Below are positions 13,531-27,480 of a DNA stretch of 64,000 nt, one piece after another (positions within the stretch are counted from its first letter, which is position 1; every line of letters begins with the position of its first letter). The stretch lies in the NCBI GenBank assembly GCA_951406725.2, contig OX597815.1, positions 121,024,001-121,088,000 on the forward strand. Reading direction: 5' to 3'. Under the pieces are notes generated by a model that made no database searches, was not told the DNA's origin, and saw nothing but the letters and a program-made list of their open reading frames with translations. Origin of the DNA: Octopus vulgaris (taxonomy: Eukaryota). The translations under genes were made by a program, and so were the position numbers.

Positions 13531-14377
13531 CATGCACTACGTACATGTCTTTATGTATGTGATTGTGTGAATGAGTTTATATTTCCTACATCTACACATG
13601 TGTTTCTTTTGCTGATTATAAACAATAGCTTTGCTAATAGTGTTGTTTGCTATCAGTCCACCACAAAGGCATGTCTGAGTCTCTCAGATTGCTATGACAG
13701 GGCTAATCCATAAAGTGTCACTTGTTTCCATTTCTCTTCATAAACATGTCTAGGTTGTTTGTTCATATATTTCATTTGAAGACAGATGCAGGTTGGAGAC
13801 AGAAAGAGCATCTGGCTACAGAAAACTCTGGCCTGAGATATTTTCCTTCACCCATGCAAGGATGAAACTAGGCATTAAAAGAATGATGATAATGATGAAT
13901 TTAATACTACTAGCATAGATTATATTTATATATAGTGTAGTCAACTGATGTATATAGGAAAATCTAAACTGCTGTTAGTTTTGCATCAAGTGATTTAAGT
14001 TCAATGTTCTCTGGGTGGCTGAAGTGTAATGGTGTATTTTCTGTGAAGAAAGGGAATTATTCCAGAAGAGATCTGTAAGAAGCTTAATAATTATTTTTCT
14101 GCTTACTTAAGAAAACAATATGCTTTCACATCATTTCAATCTCCACAGTCAGAAAGATATTAAGTAAATAACTGTAGAGTTATCTACAGTATACATTTTT
14201 TTTCAAGTATTCTGAATTATGCTGTATTTTTCTCCACCACCACCACCACCACTACCACTCCCTCTCTCTCTCTCTATCTCTTTCTCTTTCCCTGTGTGTG
14301 TATGTGTGTGTGCATGTGTGTATGCGTGTTTTTACATGAGTGTGTGTGTGTATGTATAGACAGACAGACAGACAGAC

Positions 14378-14436
<59 letters not shown>

Positions 14437-14514
14437 CGGATACATACATACATACATACATACATACATACATACATACATACATACATACATACATACA
14501 TACATACATACATG

Positions 14515-17500
14515 CATTCTGGCAGATTAATGCCTGTCTCCATGCTCTGGCTACTACTGCAAATCAGTACATGAATGACATTCAAAGAGTAAACAAAACC
14601 AAAACAAAGACAGAGAAAAAGATAAATGGTTTACAGAAGACCATCAGTCATGTAATGATGCTTATTGCTTGCAAACAAGCAAATCACTATATGTTTCACC
14701 AACAGAAAGTAAAGAAGGAGATAGAAATGATGTTTGGAGACAGCAAAAAGAGGACACTCACTTGCAAACTGATTATCCTCAAGCAGGAGCTAAAAGCTGT
14801 CAGTGAAAAACTCTGACATCAGAAGAAAATAACTGAGAGAAGAACAATAAACAAAAAGATTTAACCGGAACCAGTCAGTAGTATACAGAGACATGAGAGG
14901 AGGAGTAGTGAACATCACAGAAGCTCCTTCAGAAAAAGACATAGACTCCTTCTGGAGAAAAATCTGGAGTGAAGAGAAGAAGTTTACGCAAGATGCTCTG
15001 TGGCTGGAAGAAATCTGAAGAAGCTATTGCTCCTGCATTATACCTAAGACATACAACATTGATGGTAAAACTCTTGCAACTGTGATCCAGAAACTCCTGG
15101 ATGGAAAAGCACCTGGAAGATACTTGATTGTTGGATATTGGTACAAGAAGTTAACCTTCTACTGACCTTATCTTATCAATCTGTACCAGCTAGCTCTCAA
15201 TGGGAACAGTAGCATACAACACTGGTTAGCTTCGGCAGAGACAAAATCGATCTCCAAATTCAGAACCACCCACATTGCAAAAAACTACTGGCTAATTGCA
15301 TGTCAGAACTTAATATATAAGATATATACAGCATACTTACCCTTTTGTTATGGTATTTGTTTTGAGATACTCTGTGTTTTTTTCAATTACTTTAAACATA
15401 ACTAAGAATTTAGTAAAATAACTTAGTTATCATTCAGCTAGTATTAGGAACATAAATTGTGACTAAATTTTGGTGGAGTATTTTAATTTAAAACTTATGG
15501 AAGCAAGACATTTGTACTCAGAGCCAGAGCTGGGTTGGTATTGAAAGGGTTAAACCTCTTCCTCTATGACCATTGTGAAACCAATAACATCATCATAGCA
15601 GAACAAGCAGCAGGGAAGAAGGGAGTTTGGGGATGTGCTGAGCAATTGTTAATCAACAAAACTGTGATGTCAGAGGTGCAAGAGCATAGGATGAACCTAG
15701 TTTCAATGTGGCTAGACTACAAGAAAGCCCTTGACTCTGTTCACCACTCATGAATGCTAGAAGCCCTTCAACTTACTAAAATTCCAGTGAGAATTGTCAA
15801 AGCCATGGTCGACCTGACTTCATCGTGGGCCACCATCTTGAAATTAAACACAAAGAGTGACTGTATAATCACCGACAGAATACCGTATTGCAAAAGCATA
15901 TTCCAAGGGGACAGCCTCTCTGTGATGATTTTACTTTCTGTAAGCTCCTCGTCACTTATGTTAAGGAAGTTTGAAGGATATCTCACTGGTTCACAAGGAT
16001 ACAGAAATACTAAAATTACACACTGTTTCTTTATGGATGACTTGAAAACTTATGCAAGAATATTCATGAGAAGAAAAAGAGCCTTGACTTAGTTACAACC
16101 TTTTCAAAGGATATAGGGTTGGAGTTTGGTCAGGATAAATGTTGTTATATGCTTGTGTAAAGGAGGAAAACTGGAAACCAGACTAGTAATATCTCCATCA
16201 ATGATTTGACTGGTTCGCCTTTATCTGACAAGGAATGTTACAGATATCTAGGGGTGGATGGAAACATATCTTACAATGGCACCTGTAATAAAGCACATGT
16301 CACTAAAGAATATTACAGCTGAATAAAGAAAATTTGGACCTCAGAACTCTCTGTATTCAATAAAACAGTGGCCTACAATGTGTTTGCAGTGCCAGTACTC
16401 ATACAAACATTTGGGCTGCTTGACTGGACGCATGGTGAGATCCAAGCCATTGATGTGAAAACCCGAAAAATACTAACAAGCACACATAATTTCCACATAA
16501 ACAGTGACATAGACTGCCTCTATCTAAAACAAAAACAAGGCAGCAGGGGCTTAGCATCAATCCAAAATGCCTTTAAATGTTGTATCATATCCCTTCGGCA
16601 ACATCTTTTAACCACCAAGTCTAGAAGTGCATCCCTTTTGCATACATGAGGCTGATAAGACTTGGAAGGCAGTTCCTTTAGCAACATTCCTTGTTGAATA
16701 ACCTTAAATACATGCCCAAAGAAGTCATACAGCTTTACTGCAACATATCATCAGATGAAAAGATGAGCCTATATGAACAGAAGGCTATGCATGAATATGT
16801 TAGTAGAAACCTCTGAGATGATATTAACATTGATCATCAAAGCAGTCTATCATGGACCAATAGCCAGATTTCTACCTCCCACTTTGAAGGGTATGTATTT
16901 GCAATCCAGGAACAGGAAATATCAACCAAGTACCTGATGCACAAAAGGGATAGAGACACAGGAAAAGCAGTAAAATGTGGCAGCTGATGCAGACTTTGTG
17001 GATTTCACACTAAAGATATCACCCACATCATAAGCAGCTGTCCGAAAATGTCATCACAGTATTATCTACCAATGAGGCATGATGTTGTAGTTAGGACATT
17101 CTATAATGAAATCCACTGGAAAGGTAACTCCGAGGGCAAAGAAATAAGAACCCACAGTATGGTAGAAGCCATAGCCACTCATAATAAAAAGGAATACTAG
17201 TGGTATGTCCCAATGAAGACCTCAGTAAAATGTAAGCACAACAGACCTGATATAATGATTTAGGATAGATGAGAGAAACTGTCTACAGATGTGGAAATTA
17301 GCTGGCCAGCGGATGTTAACATAAAGTTGAAGATCAGTGAAAAGGAGAATACCTACACTGAACTATTGAGAAATCTGTAGTTACTCTATCCAGACTACTA
17401 GTTCAAGTTTATACCTGTGATTATTGGGGCCCTGGATATGTAACACATTGCCTAAATGCCAATCTTGAGAAATTAGGCTTCTCAAAACCAAAAAGGAGAA

Positions 17501-17912
17501 AGCTAATTCGAAGACTACAGATCCAATCTATCACTAGAACTGTAAAAATCTGTAAAACTTGCAAGACGTATATAATTTAAATATATTTGAGCATGTCTAG
17601 ATATGCAACTATATGCATGAGAATACATACATAAAACAAAATATACAAATCTGCATGTATACATACATGCAGGCATACATACATACATACATACATACAT
17701 ACATACATACATACATACATACATACATACATACATACATACATACATACATAAATACATACATACATATATACATACATGCATACATACATACATACAA
17801 ACAAAAACTATCCTGCTGTTGATGTTTAAATTCCAATGAAGGAGCCTTGGATCTAGGTTAGAAACTGACTTTTCTCTATTTACAAGAAATTTTGAATTAA
17901 AACTGAATAATG
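14515..17912 (+). mobile_element. Decayed RLE-type non-LTR retrotransposon (R4/Dong-like) with RT, zinc knuckle and restriction-like endonuclease, in a (CATA)n tract
   Basis: RT motifs WLDYKKALDSVHHS, IFQGDSLS, FFMDDLKTY; then FAIQEQEISTK, CRLCG...HIISSCPKM...RHD and KHNRPDIMI; many stops and frameshifts; (CATA)n at both ends. Confidence 0.88.
15340..15549. mobile_element. piggyBac-like MITE inserted at TTAA inside the RT
   Basis: Ends ccctttt...aaaggg followed by ttaa; removing it restores the frame ...AYLNLFLYDHC of the host LINE. Left TSD is imperfect (tta). Confidence 0.7.
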
Positions 17913-19449
17913 ACATACATACATAGATAGATTATTTGAAATTTAAACCAGTTTATTTTCCTATTTCTCCAGCATTTTGATGATTCCATTATTTACTCTT
18001 TCTTATATTTCAGCAGTAACAATTTCAGCAATAACAATGTTTGAAGTAAACTATAAGATCTTAGTAAATATTTGTCTTAGTATATTGTATTATTTAATTG
18101 ATTATTTGGGAAGTACTGTAGTCTTCTAGTTTAGGAGAAAACATTCTGAATTCCAACCCAGATTTATGAATTAAAACAAATAACACATATTCTGTTGCTG
18201 AAAATTATATTTCTTAGCAAGTTCTGAACTTTCTCAATTATCAAAGACCATTTCAGTATTGATAAGATATAGCTACTAAACAAAGAACCGTGCATAATAC
18301 CAATGTTTTTCTCAAAGACAGGTTGGAGAGGAAAACATCTCATTTGATGTTAACAAACAATTGTTTGTATTTTACATTTATATCATGTTTTGAATCCACA
18401 AACTTGTATGAAATCCATAAAATATACAATAACTATTTTCTAGGCGAAGTAACAGAATGATTATCCGCCTTACCAGAATATTGATGATTATGAAGAAGCT
18501 ATTGTTATTGTTATTGTTTTAACTGTTGAGTTGCATGAAGGAGGTTGTGGTAACGCTGATGCTAATAATGTATATAGATGTTATAGCTGTAGCAAAGAAA
18601 ACACAAACAATGAAATTGATAAATTTCTCATTGGCATATAAATAACACTGGCTGTTCTTATTGCAGCTAGAAAGCAAAATACACGTGATGTTATTTTTAC
18701 AGAAATTATCAATACCTTGTCAGTTTGATTTGAAAATTCGAGAATCTACACATCAGGCTGAAAAATAAAAGTCTACTGAATTGTATTTGCTTTGGGCTTT
18801 TAAAATGTTCTCATCCAGCAATTGAAAAGACTTTGATTTAAAGAATTCTGATTGTGTCTGATAGCTTGAGTGCTTTGAATAAAGAAACTAACTATGCTAA
18901 AAAAAAACAACAACAACAACAGCAAAAACCCATTGAAATATTTGTAGCATTTTTCCTAAAAGAAGAAACTGATGTTCGAAAACAAAAAAAAAAAAAAAGA
19001 GGAGAATAGAGACTGATATAATGGGCAGCCACAGTTAAGATGCACAGGAAAATAGCCAAGTGACATTATCAAAGAAAATATTTTTTCTAACAAAACATAT
19101 TGAATATTCTACGAAGAATCAATCCAGCTTGTTTATGAACTTTATTGCTAAAATATAATTATATTTCTTTTTTACAAATTCTTCTTCTTATTTATCTATT
19201 TATGCTTTTGAATTATCATTTTAAACATAATAGCCATTAACTTAATATTTGGAGTCAGTTAATTTTATTCTAACTTTAAAATTTTGCTTCCAAACTGACT
19301 GACCCAAAGATGTCAAAAAATACAGAAAAACATTTATTTCATTTAATTATATGTCTATTTAGAATTCTAATAGAATATGGACTTTAAAATATATTATTAG
19401 TGAATTATTTAGTACAGCCAATCATCATCGGTGAATGAGTGTGACTACA

Positions 19450-19620
19450 CTTAATGTTTAAAGTGCTGAACTCATGATCATAAGATTGTGGTTTCTATTC
19501 CTGGACTGGTCAATGTGTTGTGTTCTTGAACAAGACATTTCATTTCACTTAGTTCCAGTTCACTCAGCTGGAAAGAATAAGTAATCCAGAGATGGACTGG
19601 CATCTTATCAGGAAGAGGAA
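19450..19620 (+). mobile_element. Old SINE fragment related to the 36640/37427 family
   Basis: tgtgttcttgaacaagacatttcatttcac...ccagttcactcagctg matches the reverse complement of 37630-37690. Confidence 0.55.
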
Positions 19621-19852
19621 TATATACTCCATAGTATCTGAGAAACTGGCCTTAGGATCCTATAATTTGGGAAGAATGTTTAATCCTCTCTCTTTTGTTT
19701 TTTTTTTTGATGACTTGGTAACAAGCTTTCACTAACTTTTTAAGTACTTAATATAGTATTGAACTTACTTAATCACCTTCTTGACCCCTTTTACCCATGA
19801 CTCAGTGAATCATCCTGGATTTATTAAGACAAAATTCCCATACTCTTGGTAT

Positions 19853-20470
19853 CATCATCATCATCATCGTTTAACGTCCGTTTTCCATGCTAGCATGGGT
19901 TGGACAGTTCGACCGGGGTCTGGGAAGCAAAGGAGGCTGCACCAGGCTCCAGTCACATCTGGCAATGTTTCTATAGCTGGATACCCTTCCTAACACCAAC
20001 CACTCTGTGAGTGTAGTCGGTGTATTTTACGTGCCACCGGCACAGGGGATAGAGGAGGCTGGCAAACGGCCATGATCGGTTGGTGCTTTTATGTGTCACC
20101 GACATGGACACCAGTCAGGTGGTGCTGGCATCTGCAATATTCAGATGGTGCTTTTTATGTGTCACCGGCACAGGTATCTGAACTACAATTTCCATTTGAT
20201 TTTTATTTTGATGTTGGTGTTGACATACTTGACTCAATAGGTCTCCTCTACAATCCAAAGTTAGCACAGCAGGCCATCCTGTGAACCATGAACTCACTTC
20301 ATTTGTCTATTTGTTGGGTCTTCACAGTCACAGCATATCTCAGAGGTCTTGGTCTTTATCATTTCCTCTGTGAGGCCCTACGTGCTACCAGCACAGGTAT
20401 CGCAACTGCAATATCCATACGATTTTTATTTTGATGTTGATGAACTTGACACAATAGGTCTCCTCAAGGA
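19853..20470 (-). mobile_element. RTE LINE 3' fragment (ORF end plus 3'UTR, (CAT)n tail)
   Basis: cgtttaacgtccgttttccatgctagcatgggttggac terminus shared with 41950 and 59110; ORF-end remnant near 20320-20378; a 3'UTR segment is repeated at about 20168-20250 and 20390-20467. Confidence 0.8.
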
Positions 20471-20546
20471 TGGTGATGATGATGATGATGATGATGATGA
20501 TCCATATTTTGGGCTTAAAGTCTTAAATGTATTTATTGCATTTATA

Positions 20547-20715
20547 GGCCCGGGCGTGGCTGTGTGGTAAGAAGCTTGCTTCCCAACCACATGGTTCCGG
20601 GTTCAGTCCCACTGCATGGCACCTTGGGCAAGTGTCTTCTACTATAGCTTCGGGCCAACCAAAGCCTCGTGGGTAGATTTGGTAGACAGGAACTGAAGAA
20701 GCCTGTCGTGTATAC

Positions 20716-20814
<99 letters not shown>

Positions 20815-21045
20815 CATACATACATGCATATATATTTATGTGTGCGTGCCTTTGTGTCTATGTTTGTCTCCTCACCATCGCCTGACAACTGATTTTGGTG
20901 TGTTTATATCTCTGAAACCTAGCAGTTCAGCAAAAGAGGCTGATAGAATAAGTACTAGGTTTACAAAGAATAAGTCCTGGGGTCGATTTCTTCCACTAAA
21001 GGTGGTGCTTCTATATGACTACAATCAAATGAATGAAAGCTGATA
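20547..21045 (+). mobile_element. tRNA-derived SINE (main family) with expanded internal (TA)n
   Basis: ggcccgggcgtggctgtgtggtaag...ggttcagtcccactgc...gatagaataagtactagg...ggggtcgattt. Confidence 0.85.
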
Positions 21046-21777
21046 ATGATAAAGAATACAGAAATGCATTTGTCCTATGATCTGATGACGTCATTCACGG
21101 TCCAATGTATTTTCATACATATCATCTGAGAGAAGAATATTTTCCCCAATACTGTTTCCATAGAGGAAGGTTTTTCCATGTCTGAGTACACTCAAACGGG
21201 TTAAATATGTATGCGTATGAATATATTGTATTCAATGCTGCTTCTGCGATGGACCAGTCTCCTGTCCAGGTGGGGAACCTATACACCAATGAAACTGGGA
21301 AACTGGTCCTTATGAGCCAGGCATGGCTTGAGATGGAACAAACAAGCAACAAACACATGCTGTTTCATGCAACTTTAGTTAAGAAAATGAAAAAATATAC
21401 GTATTTTCAAAATTATAAACTATCAAAAATTAAAATACATTCTTTGAATCAATTCTTTTCATTCATTTTTTATTGTGTTGTTGTTGCTGTTGTTAATGCT
21501 GCTGCATAGATGGCTAGAGCAGAGATGAGTAAGCAGAACCCTGTGGTTCTTCTGCTTGACCAATGCTAAATGGTTGAAACCGGTAAAAGAGCTTAAAAAA
21601 TAATAAAAAGATAGAATGATTCCTCTGGATATATTAAATTTAGTTGCAACTTAGCACAGTGTATGAGTTAATGCAACAGATGTTATAGCAATTTTGTGGT
21701 GTTTGTATGAGTGTGTGTATGCGCATATGTATACGTGTATATGTATGTGCATGTGTGTGTGTGAGACAGAGAGAGAG

Positions 21778-21813
<36 letters not shown>

Positions 21814-22769
21814 TATCAGAATCAGATGGGAGAGATGGCGATATTAAGATGATGATGCACTAAGTAATGTTCTAGAACGTTACTGACATTGAAAATAGTT
21901 GTTTGTTGTTATTTATATATCAACAACTATTAAACTGTAATAACTCAGTCACCCCGAGGAAAATTACTTTCCTGCAACCTCCATTTCATATAAATTCTTT
22001 CTCCACTACCATTAGTATTCCCTTCTATAACCATCCCCTGTGCTATCCTCATCCCCCTTCCACCATCACCAGTATCTCATCTGTTTAACATCTTGTATCA
22101 GTTAGACATACATTAGTTACAGAGACCCTCCTCCTTACTGCAAAAGTTTTAAATTAGTTGAAGAGTGACGAAAATTAGGGCAGTACATACATCTCAAATA
22201 TTGCCAATGGGCAAAACACAATTAATAAGACATTTCTTCTGTGATATAAATCTTCAAATTCAAAAATTAATTGAAACAGGGAAAGTTTATTTCTGCTTCG
22301 CTTCATATTTATTTCTACAGATATCTTTTAATCCCTTAGGATTCTGGAAAGATCAGCAGAAGCAAAAACAACAGTGATAAAGGTAAAAATAGATACAGTA
22401 TCTTGCTACACTGCTGGATTATACAATGTTGCACTCTAGTCATAACATGTCGGTTAATTCACTAACGAAAACAATTAACTGTCTTCATTAATGAATTTAT
22501 TAATAAAATTGAATTACTATTCAAAACTATAAAGCCACATGTTTTTAAGATATTTTGAAATTTAGATCTGTATTTAAGTGGACTATATTGTAAATGGGTA
22601 TTTCATGGATAGTTAGAAATGTAAACCTTGTACCTTTATTATCATATTACAACACCTGATTTTTCAATTTTTTCTAGCATATCAACACTTCAAAACTATG
22701 AAGCCACTAATATATTTTCATTTCTTTTCAGATTGTTTTGGAAAAAATTCGAGTCAATCATATTCACCA

Positions 22770-23785
22770 TGATCCCGATTACATTTCCAGTATACCTAAA
22801 GCTACAAAGTATTCCAGAATAGAACAAGGGAAGATTCTTACAGTGAAAGCAGAAGGAATGAGTAACTGGAAGATTGCTGAGAAGATTCAGTGAAGCAGAA
22901 TGCCAGTGGAGAATCTTTTGAAAGATCCTGATGGCCACAATAGGGTTCATGCTGGTGGACGTCTCAAGACTATATCAGAAAGGGATGAAAGAGCCATTGT
23001 CAGAGCTGTGAAGAAATCATGCTGCACTTCAGTTTCCAAAATTATGGCATCAGCAGGTGTAGGGACCTCGACATTCATCATAAGAAGAGTGATTTTGAAC
23101 CATGGTTTTCACCTGAAGAAGCAGTTAGGGCATCTGTCATTGTCCCTTTCCACAAAGTTGTTAGACTGGAGTTTTCTCAGCAGCATCAGACGTGGGATGG
23201 TGAATGAACCAGGGTTCTGTTCTCTAATGAGAAAAGATGGAAATAGATGGAAAAGACGGTGCTGATGGTTATAAGTATTACTGGGCAAATAAATGTATAT
23301 GAAATTCTACTTATTCCAAATGGTAGAACAGTGGAGGAGGTCTTATTGTGTGGGGAACAATATCTTCCAATGGGAAGCTGCCACTTATCATGGCCATTTC
23401 AATGCTGCATAATACATCAATATATTGGATGGGGCTCACATTAATAAAGAAAGAAGACAGCTCCAGAGTGAGAATTTCATATTTCAACAGGAGAATACAC
23501 TTATTCATAAAGCAAAGGCAACCTTATATTTCCTCCATGTGATTGGGGTTGACATCATGTCATGGTCAGCAAGAAGACTCGACATCATTCCTATAGAGGA
23601 TGTCTGAGGATATCTCACAAATGTTGTGTACAGGGGAAGTAACCAGTATTCATCTGTTGATGAACTTGAAATGGCAAAGGCTTGAGAAGAGCTTCCACTT
23701 GATCTGTTGCAGAAGTTGATAGGAAGCATGAAGTTGCATGTCTTTGAAGTAATTCAGAAAAGTGGTGGTCAAACACACTATTGTT
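22770..23785 (+). pseudogene. Decayed Tc1-like (DD34E) transposase
   Basis: GGRLKTISERDERAIVRAV (HTH region), FSNEKRW, VWGTISSNG, IFQQENTLIH, WSARRLDIIPIEDV, terminal VIQKSGGQTHY; frameshifted. Confidence 0.8.
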
Positions 23786-24094
23786 GGTGTATTGCATGAT
23801 AATATCATTGAAATATATCATAATTTTCCTGTTTTGCATAATTTTTGCAACATTATTCAAACTGGCATTATAGTTTTGAACAGGGGGTTTCTGGCTCTGT
23901 ATTTTTTGTTTTTTTTTTGGTTTTTTTTTTTCATTATCTAATTTATTTTTGGATTTCAATAAATTTGAATATCGCAATGCCTTCTATTCCATTTCCTATC
24001 TAGAGTTGAGTTTCATGAATTTGGCAGAAAAAAAAAAAACAGTACGCTAGCTTTATAGATTCGAAGAGCAGTTTAAAGCATGAAATTGGTTGAA

Positions 24095-24220
24095 TTATTA
24101 AAGCATTCAGTTGAATATCTGGTGGCATTTCTTCCCATTTCCTGTGCTGAGTTCAAATCCCACCAAGGTCGACTTTGTCTTATATACCTTCAGAGTTGAT
24201 AAAAAAAAAATACCTGTCTA
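24095..24220 (+). mobile_element. Nin/Deu-domain-like SINE fragment
   Basis: ctgagttcaaatcccaccaaggtcgactttg...ccttcagagttgataaaa; same family as 38170-38380. Confidence 0.5.
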
Positions 24221-24252
24221 AGGTGGTGGATTAGTAGAACTGTTAGAGTAAT

Positions 24253-24518
24253 ATATTGTGGTGACACTGGTGCCAGGCAGTATCAGCTTAAACATGGTGG
24301 CCTTTCCTTTGGACACACCTATCAGTAATATGGTAAAAGCAGATTTCCATGCATGGGTGACATATATATATATATATGTTAGGATTCTTGAAGACCATAG
24401 AATAAAAGTAAATATTTACAATGATAATATAGTGTATTTAATGAGAGAAAGGAATTTCAATGTAGAAAATGCTAGACAAGGTCAATTTTGACCGATAGAA
24501 GCCTTGTATATGAGTTTA
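24253..24518 (+). repeat. Dispersed repeat, inverted copy at 54076-54362
   Basis: Both copies translate VAFPLDTPISNMVKADFHAWVT in the ORF track and share the downstream segment nearly identically. Confidence 0.85.
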
Positions 24519-24681
24519 ATTTAAGTTCCTCCTGACAGAGTTCAAGCTGGTTGCTAACAAAGTGACTAGACTTTTTGAATCAAGAGAGTTCCTGGGGTTT
24601 GTCAGTATGTGGTCAAGTTGGTTGAACTGTCAAGGCATTCACCCAAGTGTGTGCATCAATTCATATAAGAATCTCAGATGG

Positions 24682-24682
<1 letters not shown>
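24515..24682 (-). mobile_element. 3'UTR fragment of the (CATA)n-associated RLE LINE group
   Basis: Diverged copy of 25410-25570; followed by (TATG)n. Confidence 0.5.
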
Positions 24683-24712
<30 letters not shown>

Positions 24713-25174
24713 TGTATGTATGTATGTATGTATGTATGTTGTCAGGTCACTTTTAGTGCTACTGGTAACATGTAACCCAGTACAAGCAATCATATAGTCA
24801 GGCTGTTGATGACTAAACTAGCAACCCTACTAGGCCTGATTGGTAAGGAGGGTGGTTTTCATTGGACACCCTTCAGAAGGAAAGATGAAGCCTGTTAAAG
24901 AGTGGATGAATTCTGTAAAGTCAATGGCCACCCAACAATTGGGAGCAAGAAATCCCTAGTCTTTGTTTAGACACCTCTAGGAGAAGGAAATTCCAAAATA
25001 ACACCCACCTCATTGCAAATTCAAAAATTTTACTCTTGCTTGTGTCTGGAATACTTGGCATTGTAGTTGAAGCCACAGCAGTGTTATTCACTTCAAATTA
25101 TAGCATGGGTGTTACTGACAGCCTATAACTTTAACACCCAGAATAAGATAATTTCTCGGTGGTGGCCACTATAC

Positions 25175-25370
25175 TCTTTACTCTCTTTTACTCTTTTACT
25201 TGTGTCAGTCATTTGAATGCAGCCATGCTGGAGCACTGCCTTTAGTCGAAGACACTTGCTCAAAGTGCCATGCAGTGGAACTGAACCTGGAACAATGTAG
25301 TTGGGAAGTAAGCTTCTTATCCCACAGCCATGCCTGCACCTGGCTTCTTACCACACAGCCACACCTGCGT
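25175..25370 (-). mobile_element. Internally deleted SINE (main family)
   Basis: Tail (tactcttt)n and cagtcatttga...gctggagcac joined directly to gaagacacttg...cttaccacacagccac head. Confidence 0.7.
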
Positions 25371-25392
25371 CTATGTATGTATGTATGTATGC

Positions 25393-25705
25393 TTGTTTTA
25401 TTTTGAATTTTATTTAAGTTCTGATGAAAAGAGTACAAGCCAGATGCTAATGAAGTGACAAGACTTTTTGAGTTAAGAGTGTCGCCTGTGTTTGTAAATA
25501 CGTGTTTGAGCTGTCAGCATTCACACCCAAATGTGTGCGTGTCTATTCACCTAAAGACTCTGACGGTGAGTCTTTGGAATGTCTTACAAATCTTCACTGT
25601 ACCATTAATAGATTGAATTTGGAGAACACACATCAGTTTCTTTCGCTCTTTCTTTGAAAGATCTAGCATTCCAAAGTTTTTGTCTAAATCTGTAGGCACA
25701 TACAT
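25393..25705 (-). mobile_element. 3'-terminal fragment of an RLE LINE related to 14515-17912
   Basis: Minus translation YVPTDLDKNFGMLDLSKKERKKLMCVLQIQSINGTVKICKTF resembles KRRKLIRRLQIQSITRTVKICKT at about 17490-17560; (TATG)n on both sides. Confidence 0.75.
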
Positions 25706-25939
25706 TCATTTGAATGTATGTACATGTATGTATGTATGTATGTATGTATGTATGTATGTATGTATGTACATATGCACGTACGTATGTTGTTCTATTCTAT
25801 TTTTGATTATTTGAAGTCTTCCGGTAAGGAAGGTGCTACCTTCTAACAAAGATATAAGGCTCCATTGTTGGAATATCGATAACAAAAACAATATCACATT
25901 TTGAACTTGAGAAAACTCTTATGTGTATGTTTCTGGTTG

Positions 25940-25983
<44 letters not shown>

Positions 25984-26095
25984 GTCTGTCTGTCTGTCTG
26001 TCTGTCCTTCTATCAGTATCTCTCTCTCGCTTTCTCTCTCTCTCTCTATCTATCAATCTATCTTTCTGTCTATCAGTCTATCTATCTATCCCACC

Positions 26096-26159
<64 letters not shown>

Positions 26160-26191
26160 ACCTATCTATCTGTCTATCTATCTGTCTGTCG

Positions 26192-26261
<70 letters not shown>

Positions 26262-26262
26262 A

Positions 26263-26356
<94 letters not shown>

Positions 26357-26856
26357 CCGATCTATCTACCTATCTACATATGTATGAAATAAACAGACAT
26401 AACATAAACAATGCCAGTTTTAAGATTAATGTAAGATAAAGACTGACACACACACATACACATACGTATATGTGTGTATGTCACTCGCATACATAACACA
26501 TACACACACACACACATATATGTGTGTATAGAGGTGTATGTGTATCTATATACATACATGTATGTGTGCGTCTGTCTTAACATTCCATTGATCTCAAAAC
26601 TACGGTTATTTATGTTATGTCTGTTTATGTCTCATAACTTATCAGTTCGACAAATAAAGATTGACATAATGATTAGTAGACAAAAATATGTACTGGGATC
26701 GATAGAGTCAACTAAATCATTTCAGGTGGTGCCACACCATGGCTCTTGTCTAATCAGTGAAGTTTATAAAAGAATATTATACCTGGAATACATCCTCATT
26801 ATTTTCGTTTTTATATCCTTACACTTCTGTATCGCAGAATTATTGGGCCATAATTT

Positions 26857-27265
26857 ATCATCATCATCATCATCATCATCATCGTCATCATTACCACCAT
26901 CACTACCATCACCACCAGTGCTACCACCAGCACCAGCACTACCAGCACCACCAGCACCAGCACTACCAGCACCACCAGCACCACCACCATGACCACCACC
27001 ACCACCACCACCACCACCACTATCACCACCAACACTACTACCATCATTATTATCATAACCACCATCACCACCACTACTATCACCACCAACATCATCACCA
27101 CAACCTCCACCACTATCACCATCACAATGATCATCACCATCATCATCATCATTATCACCACCATCACCACCACTAATTCCATCACTACTATCACCACCAG
27201 CACTACTACCATCACTGCCAACTCCATCACCACCAATACCATCATCACCATCACCACCATCGCTG

Positions 27266-27298
<33 letters not shown>

Positions 27299-27480
27299 TC
27301 ATCATTACCACAACCATCACCACCACTAATTCCATCACCACAACCACCAACACCACTACCATCACTACCAACTCCATCACCATCACTACAACCACCACTA
27401 CCATCATCATCACCATCACCACCATCACCACCACTACTACCACCACCAACTCCAACACCACCGTCATCATCATCACCAAC
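26857..27480. repeat. Compound (CAT)/(CAC) trinucleotide tract; counterpart (GAT)/(GGT) tract at 29410-30015
   Basis: Direct reading; source of the poly-His/Thr/Val ORFs. Confidence 0.95.

Noticed and set aside
21082-21110. CTGATGA motifs here and at 25421, 12192, 51626 and 56724
   Set aside because: No correctly placed stem II, GAAA and UH.
24740-25160. Possible LINE 5'UTR or HDV-like ribozyme region
   Set aside because: Only a vague resemblance; I could not assign the nested pseudoknot pairings.
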